In this document: positions 57,708 through 64,000 of the stretch, one piece after another
Numbering within the stretch: position 1 is the stretch's first letter
How the letters are laid out: the number at the start of each line of letters is the position of its first letter
NCBI RefSeq assembly: GCF_000737315.1
Contig: NZ_JMCB01000002.1
Coordinates: 372,001-436,000, forward strand
Length of the DNA: 64,000 nucleotides
Direction of reading: 5' to 3'
Source: Hyalangium minutum
GTDB lineage: Bacteria > Myxococcota > Myxococcia > Myxococcales > Myxococcaceae
Translations under genes and position numbers: made by a program
Notes under the pieces: generated by a model
Database searches by the model: none
What the model was told of the DNA's origin: nothing
Seen by the model: the letters and a program-made list of their open reading frames with translations, nothing else

Positions 57708-58418
57708 TTAAGAGGGATGCGACGCGTTCTCGGGTGCCCCTTCCGTGAAGAGGCCCAGGTAGAGGACCCGGGTGGTGCGTGCGGACAGCAGCAGCGCGGC
57801 CTGCTCCTCCTCGTTCGTCAGGGGACTTAGCAGTGACGTCAGTTCCTCCACATGCCTCTCATCCGCGGTGCCGTGCGCCTTCAAGAAGGTGACGGCCTTG
57901 CGGATGTTGGGAATGGTGTTGGCCGCGAGCATCCGCTTCACCGACTGGCTGGCGCGGTGCACGGACAGGTACTCCAGCACGTAGGCCGTGCCCAGGAACG
58001 CCTCGGGCCGTCCGCAGCGCGAGGTGAAGCGGTTCCAGGCGACATAGGCAGTGACTGCGGGGGTGGGCACCTGCCGCTCGACGCGCTCGGCCGGCCAACC
58101 CAGGTTCTTCAGGTCCGCCAGCAGCCAGCGCTCATGCCCGCGCTCCTCGTTGGACTTCTGCAGGAGCAGGTCCCCCAATTGGGGGTGCAGGCCCAGGCGC
58201 TTCATGCGCCGGCCCGCCTCGGCCAACAGCGGAGTGGTCCACCGCGCGTAGTGATACGTCTGGATCAGGTAGTGGACGTAGCGGTCCTTGCCAATGCTGC
58301 CATCGAAGAGCCGCCGCGCCTCGGGGTGCGCGTCCAACTCCTCGAGCAGCGTGCGCGCTTCGTGCTCCAGGGCGGTGGGCCAATTCATCATGAAGGGGGA
58401 TTCGGTGTGCGAGTTCAT
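57708..58418 (-). CDS. Heme-oxygenase-like diiron oxidase (iron-containing redox enzyme, PqqC/CADD/UndA superfamily)
   Basis: All-helical; EERGH, YVLEY, HGTADERH metal ligand pattern. Confidence 0.85.
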   Translation of the reverse strand: MNSHTESPFMMNWPTALEHEARTLLEELDAHPEARRLFDGSIGKDRYVHYLIQTYHYARWTTPLLAEAGRRMKRLGLHPQLGDLLLQKSNEERGHERWLLADLKNLGWPAERVERQVPTPAVTAYVAWNRFTSRCGRPEAFLGTAYVLEYLSVHRASQSVKRMLAANTIPNIRKAVTFLKAHGTADERHVEELTSLLSPLTNEEEQAALLLSARTTRVLYLGLFTEGAPENASHPS

Positions 58419-58509
58419 GGACGTCTCCTGTTCGGGCCCCGGGATGGGGGACCGTGGGTGTGGATGTGAAGTGGGTGGGAAAGGGTGATTCGGAAGCCAG
58501 CGGCGCGGT

Positions 58510-59313
58510 TCAGCTGCGCGAGGTGCGGGCGGTCAGCTTGTCGAAGAACTTCCGCGTGCTGGCGGGAACATCATGGAGCGCCGCGACGAGTGGCAGGGAG
58601 AAGCGGCGGAAGCACGCGTCGTAGAGAGGCTCGGCGATGAAACGCGCCCCCAGCTTGCCGGAGAAGAGCGACAACACCCGGGGGAGGCACAGTCCTTCGA
58701 ACTGTCCCTGTCGAGCGCGCTCCCTCTCCTCTGGGGTGTAGATGGGCGCGGCCGGTGCCTCCGGGGGCTTGGGGTAGGCGAGCGTCCGCGCACGCCACTG
58801 GGGGCTCAGCAGGCCCTGGTGGGCCGCCACTTGGAAGAGGATGCGCGCGTCCTCGGCCGAGTCCGTCTCCGTGTTCGCGGAGGCGATCCAGTGCGTCACT
58901 CCCCGGCGGCGGCTCTCCTGATGGAGCCCGGCGTACAGCCACATGAGGACCGCGGAGTGGCGCCAGTCCTTGAGGATGCAGAAGCGGGTGGTCTCGGCGA
59001 ACACCCTGCCCGGACCCTCCAGGTCCGACAGGTCCACCTTGCTCTCCAGATCAATGCCCAGCCGGCCTCCGGTGGCGCGGGCCACCTCGGGGTTGGGCAG
59101 CAACAGGCGGGTGGTGGCCACGGGCACGCCATCCGCGTAGACGATGACGTGGGCGGTGGTCGCCAGCGTGTCGAAGCCATTGTTCTCCCGGGGCACCGCA
59201 TAGGCCGGGCGCTTGAGCAGTTCCAATTCCGTACCGAAGACCTCCCAGCGCACGCGCAGCGCATCATCGAGCTGCTGCTGGGTGGTGGCGATGTGGCAAG
59301 TCAGTGTTGTCAT
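58510..59313 (-). CDS. GNAT N-acyltransferase, FeeM/LuxI-fold (N-acyl amino acid synthase-like)
   Basis: LRVRWEVF, ENNGFD, TAHVIV, ATTRLLLP, ETTRFC; AGGAGG SD. Confidence 0.8.
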   Translation of the reverse strand: MTTLTCHIATTQQQLDDALRVRWEVFGTELELLKRPAYAVPRENNGFDTLATTAHVIVYADGVPVATTRLLLPNPEVARATGGRLGIDLESKVDLSDLEGPGRVFAETTRFCILKDWRHSAVLMWLYAGLHQESRRRGVTHWIASANTETDSAEDARILFQVAAHQGLLSPQWRARTLAYPKPPEAPAAPIYTPEERERARQGQFEGLCLPRVLSLFSGKLGARFIAEPLYDACFRRFSLPLVAALHDVPASTRKFFDKLTARTSRS

Positions 59314-59586
59314 GAACGCCTCCTGACGGCCCGGCGTCGTGCCGTGCCTTCAGGAAAATGTTCGTGGCCAGAGGCTCGAGTTCGCCGAGGCCTTCAGTTT
59401 TTCGGGCGGATAGGACGGGACGGGTAGTGTTTGTCAACCCCCCTAACAGGGTAGAGGCGTCGATCTCCCGAATGCTCCACCCTTGAACATCACCCGTGAG
59501 GTTCTGTCGAACTCCACCGCGCTGCACCGAAGAACCGGGTGAGATGCATTGACTGCATGGGCGACCAGTCCTGGCGAGGAGAGGGG

Positions 59587-60195
59587 ATGCGCAATCCATC
59601 AGCGGAAGAGGAAATGGTCTTGCACCAACGGCTCCTGGAGCGCGATCCGTTGGCCTACTTCGACGTCTTCCCCATGTACATGGAGCGGCTCGCGAAGAAG
59701 CTGGAGGGGCTTGGCTACGACGTCGATATTGCCCGCGATGCCGCCCTCGAGGCGGTCTTGGCCTACCGCAAGGCGCCGGAGCGCTACGATCCCAAGAAGG
59801 TGCACCCGTTCACATACCTTATGGTGTTGGCCAAAAATAAGGCGGTGGACCGGTGGCGCTCCGTCCAGGCACAGGCCCAACGAAATAAAAAGCAGGGCGA
59901 TGTCGAACTCTTGCTGAGGACTCCGAACGATCCCGTGGAGAGGATGGAGACCTACGTGAGGGTACGTCAGCTCGTGGATTTGCTAGAAAAAGGGGGAATT
60001 CTGAACGAGCGGGATCAGGCCATCCTCCGGCTTTTCCTGATGGGGGAAAGCTCAACCGAGGAGAAGGCGAAGGTGTTGCGGTTGCCCCCAATGTCCAAAG
60101 AGGACAGGAAATTGGAGGTGAAGCGGCACCAGGACCGCATCATGAAGTTGCTGGAGCGTTGGTTTCGGAAGGAGGATCCAGATGACGACCCCTGA
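59587..60195 (+). CDS. ECF-like sigma-70 family factor
   Basis: DAALEAV...RYDPKK...FTYLMVLAKNKAVDRWR sigma2; LNERDQAILRL...EEKAKVL sigma4. Confidence 0.8.
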   Translation: MRNPSAEEEMVLHQRLLERDPLAYFDVFPMYMERLAKKLEGLGYDVDIARDAALEAVLAYRKAPERYDPKKVHPFTYLMVLAKNKAVDRWRSVQAQAQRNKKQGDVELLLRTPNDPVERMETYVRVRQLVDLLEKGGILNERDQAILRLFLMGESSTEEKAKVLRLPPMSKEDRKLEVKRHQDRIMKLLERWFRKEDPDDDP

Positions 60196-60559
60196 CTGGC
60201 TCAAGGCCGCGGCTGAACGCAGCGCGGAGGACCCCGCGTCGCTGGCCTATGTCTTCGCGCAATACCGGAAGCATGAAGGCAAGTCCGCCGAGGAGCTTGC
60301 CGCGATGCTGGGCTGCAGCATGAAGGTGCTCGATGAGCTCTCCTTGTGCCGGCGTCCCGAGCCGGATCGCTTCGCCGAACACCTGCGGATGTTTGAGAAG
60401 CGTTTCGCAGTGGATCCTCGCCGGCTCGCGGCGGTGCTCAGGCGGGTCGAGGTGTTGGATCTTCTTCCTGCGGACAAGGAGGGAGGGACTACCGCGCGTG
60501 ATGCCTCCTACCTGCTGGCGGCGCGAGACCACTCCAGCGATGACGAGACGAACTCATGA
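60182..60559 (+). CDS. Small helical protein with XRE-like HTH segment
   Basis: YRKHEGKSAEELAAMLGCS...LSLCRRP; overlaps the sigma gene by 14 bp and the next gene by ATGA. Confidence 0.7.
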   Translation: MTTPDWLKAAAERSAEDPASLAYVFAQYRKHEGKSAEELAAMLGCSMKVLDELSLCRRPEPDRFAEHLRMFEKRFAVDPRRLAAVLRRVEVLDLLPADKEGGTTARDASYLLAARDHSSDDETNS

Positions 60560-61290
60560 GTGGAGGCTGGCTGGAAGAAGCCGTGAAGGACTGCGGCCTG
60601 CCTGCCTCCACCGTGTTTCCCAGGGACCTGGCCGAGGACATTCCCCTGGTGTTGCCGCTCACCGTGGTGCCCCTGCCGGGCCTCACTCCCCGGAAGGGGC
60701 TGGAGTGGCTGGTGTCTCACAAGCGCGCGCACGGAGGGCTCGCGGGGACGAATGACCTCAAGCATGGGTTCACGGTGGCCCATGCGGGTGTGGGAGTGCT
60801 CTTCCTGAACAGCACGGACCTGCCGAACGAGCAGCGCTTCACGCTGGCGCATGAAGTGGCCCATTTCGTCCTCGACCACCTCCAACCCCTGCGCCGGGCT
60901 CTGCATGCGACGGACGGGAGAATCCGCCCGGTGCTGAACGGTGAACGGGAGCCCACGGTCTCTGAACAACTGTTCTCCGTGTTGGAGCGCATTCCCTACC
61001 GCACCCAGGCCAACTTCATGGACCGCAACGACAAGGGAAAGCCCCGCACGGGCCAGGTGATGGAGCTGGAGCAGCGCGCGGATCGCCTGGCCTTCGAGTT
61101 GTTGGCGCCTCGGCAGGAGCTTCTGCCACTGCTCAACCGCGCGGGGCGGGAGGAACTGGAGGCCCACCTCGTCTCCCGCTTCGGGCTGCCAGTGAAGGAA
61201 GCGCGAACCTACGCGTGGTGGCTGCTGAGGGAGCGGCCTTCCCGGCGTCCCTTCCTGACGTGCGTAACGAATGATGAGGAGCGTGACTGA
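60556..61290 (+). CDS. ImmA/IrrE family zinc metallopeptidase
   Basis: EQRFTLAHEVAHF (HExxH) and ELEQRADRLAFELLAP motifs. Confidence 0.9.
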   Translation: MSGGWLEEAVKDCGLPASTVFPRDLAEDIPLVLPLTVVPLPGLTPRKGLEWLVSHKRAHGGLAGTNDLKHGFTVAHAGVGVLFLNSTDLPNEQRFTLAHEVAHFVLDHLQPLRRALHATDGRIRPVLNGEREPTVSEQLFSVLERIPYRTQANFMDRNDKGKPRTGQVMELEQRADRLAFELLAPRQELLPLLNRAGREELEAHLVSRFGLPVKEARTYAWWLLRERPSRRPFLTCVTNDEERD

Positions 61291-62471
61291 TGGTGGCTCG
61301 TAGTGGCGCAGGGGGACCGGACCGCTTCATTGGAGATGATGACTACCGGTCGAGCTTCAAGGAGGACTTGGGGTCCACGCTGGATCTCAACAACTGGTCG
61401 ACGGGACTGGACGTCGAGAAGCTGGTTGCCGACATCCGGTCCCAGATCTCCCATTCGGCGACAGCCGAGGAGAGCATCCAGAAGACTGTCCGCACCGAGG
61501 TTCTTCGCAAGCTCAAGGAGTACTCCAAGCTCGACGTGGCGGGTGTCTATCCGGCCAGTGAGGAGCGGCTGCGGACAGTGTTCGAGGCGTTGTTGTTCCC
61601 GGGACGGGTCGAGGCCGTGACCAGCGTTGTCGCCTCTCATGACAGCTTGCCCCTGGGAATCACCCAGCTGGGTGTCGCCGTCGTTGGCTATAACGGCACG
61701 TCTGGAACGTTCTCCCAGCGGCTCTTCCGCAAGGAACTGTCCACGGAGGACGAGAATCCAGTCCAAGCCGCCATGGAGTGCATTCGCGAGCGGCACGAGC
61801 GCTCCGGGATGGGGCGCCGCGACATGCTGTCCAAGCTCGCGCGCCGGGGACTTCGGGACTACGCCGAGCGGGCCATCCTCCTGGACAAGGCCCAGGCGGA
61901 GTGGCGCATCGGCCAGGGCAATCCCTGCTCCCAGGAATTGCTCTCCGGTTCAGGCTATCCCCGCCTGCTGATGGCCTCGCTCGAGATGCTGAGCAGGCTC
62001 ATTGGAGGGCACAAGAAGTTCGTGTTCGTCCCTCATGCCCTGGAAGAGCGAGGTTACCTGACGCTCGGACACGCTCTTCGGGCCGGTGAATACGCCATCA
62101 TCCAGACGCTCGAGTCCGACAGTGCCTACTTCGTCGAGCGGTGGAGCTATCCCGATGAGCAGCTCAGGGACAAGGCGCTCGAGTTCGTGAGGAAGTATTG
62201 CAGGGACATCCTCATTGGTCTCTTCCGGTCCTCCGAACACGCGCCCCCTTCTCTCTTCTTCGCGCACCGGGAGCACGTGCACGTCGCGGCACACATCGTG
62301 ATGGCGGACAGTCTCATCCACCCCAAACGAGGTTTTCCCATGCTGCTCGAAGTCGCGGATTCCTCCTGCAGGGGCGTGTTTGGCACGGACTCCTTCCAAG
62401 GGCTTGTCCAGGACGCCTACACGCGCGCGGGTGGCAAGTACGAGTACTTCAACGAGCGGCACTGGCGGTAG
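61290..62471 (+). CDS. NurA-like protein (putative, atypical active site)
   Basis: HDSLPLGITQLGV, YAERAIL, GFPMLLEVAD (cf. the NurA GYP-L-AH/D motif); directly upstream of a HerA ATPase; TGATG overlap with immA. Confidence 0.55.
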   Translation: MVARSGAGGPDRFIGDDDYRSSFKEDLGSTLDLNNWSTGLDVEKLVADIRSQISHSATAEESIQKTVRTEVLRKLKEYSKLDVAGVYPASEERLRTVFEALLFPGRVEAVTSVVASHDSLPLGITQLGVAVVGYNGTSGTFSQRLFRKELSTEDENPVQAAMECIRERHERSGMGRRDMLSKLARRGLRDYAERAILLDKAQAEWRIGQGNPCSQELLSGSGYPRLLMASLEMLSRLIGGHKKFVFVPHALEERGYLTLGHALRAGEYAIIQTLESDSAYFVERWSYPDEQLRDKALEFVRKYCRDILIGLFRSSEHAPPSLFFAHREHVHVAAHIVMADSLIHPKRGFPMLLEVADSSCRGVFGTDSFQGLVQDAYTRAGGKYEYFNERHWR

Positions 62472-62477
62472 CGGGAG

Positions 62478-64000
62478 ATGGAAGACATGGCGGATGAGAA
62501 TTTGCCGAAGTTATCGGGGGTATCCCAGGGCAACAGTCCCTCGCGAGCGGTGGGGGGAGATCCCCGAGAGGTTCCTCGCTCCGCTGGAGGGGGCCTGCCT
62601 GAAAGGCCTGTGCGTCTGGGAGCCGCGGTAGGAGCCATGGGGCAAGGTCGGCCGCCTGAGGCGACGACCCTTCCGGCCGCTGGCACACGCCAGGCACCTC
62701 GGCCCCCTGTTCGGGAGACTGCCACTCCGGGCAAGCCCGTACCTTCTCCGGCCGCGAGCGCACCTCGGAGCGAGTCCCCACGTCCCGCACAACCGGCAGG
62801 AGTCCGGGCCCAGCAGCCTCCGCGGCCCGACGGCAGCCCCAAAGAGGTTCTCCAGAGGCTTCCTGAGGCGGAAGCCCATGCGTTCACCGAGCTGCGCTCC
62901 CAGGCGAATGCGGCAGCGGCGGAACTGAACCCCGAGCTCGAGAACGCAGTGGGGTTCACTCATTTCGACACCGCGTCGAGCCAGGACAACCTCATCACCG
63001 TGCTGATGACGCGGGCTGATCTGCACAAGTTGCCCTCGCAGACACTCGTGCGGGTGAAGTCCCTGGAAGACAAGCGCTCCTACCTGGGCGTGGTCGTCCG
63101 CGGCCCCTTCTCCGAGCCGGATGCCGTGGCCGCCAACTCCAACATCGCCGTGGGCGTGGTCGTCCAGGGCAAGAAGCTCTCCTTTACCTTTGATTACCAC
63201 GGCCGGGCCGAGATCGAGATCCTTGGCGAGGAGAACGACGGCAAGGTGCTTCCCCCCGGCCACCGCCCGCGCCCCAAGAGCCCCGTCTTCCTGCTGGATG
63301 ACGAAGAGAGCGAGCACGTCCTGGGGATGAAGGGAGAACTGTGTCTTGGAATGGTCGTGGGCTACAAGCAGATGGAGGCGCGCATCGACGCCCTGGACAA
63401 GTCCATCCTGCCCCGCCATACGGGCATCATCGGGACCACCGGCGGTGGCAAGTCCACCACCGTCGCGACGCTCATCCACCGGGCCCAGTCCGCTGGAGTC
63501 GCCACCATCGTCTTCGATGTGGAAGGTGAATACACCCATGTGGACCAGGCCACCGACGAGCCGACGATGCTCGCGGCACTCCAGCGCAGGAAGCAGCGGC
63601 CCGAGGGGGTGAAGGATCTGCACATCCATCACCTGATAGGCCGTGACACCCGCAACCGCCGTCATAAGCACCGGCATCCCTTCGCGTTGAGCTTCTCGAG
63701 CCTCTCACCCCATGCCATCGCGGAGATTCTCGAGATGACGGACGCGCAGCAGGAGCGCTTCCACAAGGCCTACGAGGTCACCAAGCTGCTGTTGGAGGAT
63801 CTGAAGATCTTCCCGAAGACTCCCGAAGAGCAGCAGCAGTTGATGGAACTCGATGAGCTCTCCACGGGCTATCCGCGCATGACTCTCGAGCACCTCTTGG
63901 ATGTCGTGAGCACGTACATCTACGTCCTGAGCAGTGAGGGAAGGGCTGAGAGCAAGACCAAGACCAAAGGATCCTCCCGGCAGGCCCCGGTGCCCGGCGA
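62478..64000 (+). CDS. herA: HerA/DUF87-family ATPase, truncated by the window end
   Basis: Hand-translated frame with no stop: Pro-rich N-terminus, HAS-barrel-like region (LVRVKS...YLGVV...PRPKSPVFL), PRHTGIIGTTGGGKST (Walker A 63432-63455), IVFDVEGEY (63513). Confidence 0.85.
   Translation, partial: MEDMADENLPKLSGVSQGNSPSRAVGGDPREVPRSAGGGLPERPVRLGAAVGAMGQGRPPEATTLPAAGTRQAPRPPVRETATPGKPVPSPAASAPRSESPRPAQPAGVRAQQPPRPDGSPKEVLQRLPEAEAHAFTELRSQANAAAAELNPELENAVGFTHFDTASSQDNLITVLMTRADLHKLPSQTLVRVKSLEDKRSYLGVVVRGPFSEPDAVAANSNIAVGVVVQGKKLSFTFDYHGRAEIEILGEENDGKVLPPGHRPRPKSPVFLLDDEESEHVLGMKGELCLGMVVGYKQMEARIDALDKSILPRHTGIIGTTGGGKSTTVATLIHRAQSAGVATIVFDVEGEYTHVDQATDEPTMLAALQRRKQRPEGVKDLHIHHLIGRDTRNRRHKHRHPFALSFSSLSPHAIAEILEMTDAQQERFHKAYEVTKLLLEDLKIFPKTPEEQQQLMELDELSTGYPRMTLEHLLDVVSTYIYVLSSEGRAESKTKTKGSSRQAPVPG

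Noticed and set aside
58510-59313. Canonical LuxI AHL synthase
   Set aside because: Shares the fold motifs but lacks the conserved Trp after RxxVF and has FeeM-like features; AHL production cannot be claimed.
62511-63677. 388-aa minus-strand ORF and other short ORFs at the window end
   Set aside because: Antisense to the open plus-strand herA frame, which carries the real motifs.

Overview
High-GC myxobacterial (Myxococcales, Cystobacterineae-like) chromosomal window. Organism inferred from lineage-typical genes: MYXO-CTERM proteins, a TIGR02266-type PilZ protein, a SitA/SitI pair, Ser/Thr kinases and a CorE-like sigma. About 51 CDS are supported; the many long antisense or overlapping ORFs in the track are GC shadows. 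Mostly ordinary content: NmrA, Kelch lipoprotein, ADP-ribosylglycohydrolase, kinases, RICIN-GH19 chitinase, MMPL/GT-C/SDR/PlsC lipid genes, sbcDC, M14 peptidase, DUF47-Pit, and a heavy-metal RND operon with a sigma54 promoter and a CorE-like ECF sigma. Best candidate for an undescribed system (59587 to window end): a tightly coupled operon of ECF-like sigma, small HTH-like protein, ImmA/IrrE HExxH metallopeptidase, NurA-like protein apparently lacking the catalytic DG motif, and a HerA-type ATPase. The ATPase is missing from the ORF track because it runs off the window; I translated it by hand (Walker A GTTGGGKS). Second candidate (56541-59313): LuxR-type regulator + heme-oxygenase-like diiron enzyme + FeeM/LuxI-fold N-acyltransferase, a possible signal synthase-tailoring-receptor module. 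Also found: a frameshifted histidine kinase relic abutting a low-GC secreted orphan gene, three sigma54 promoters, a FabL-like SDR with Tyr-to-His at the catalytic site, and a variant EEP enzyme. No tRNA, rRNA, integrase, transposase or CRISPR array was recognised. All family assignments come from motif recognition by eye, not database searches.
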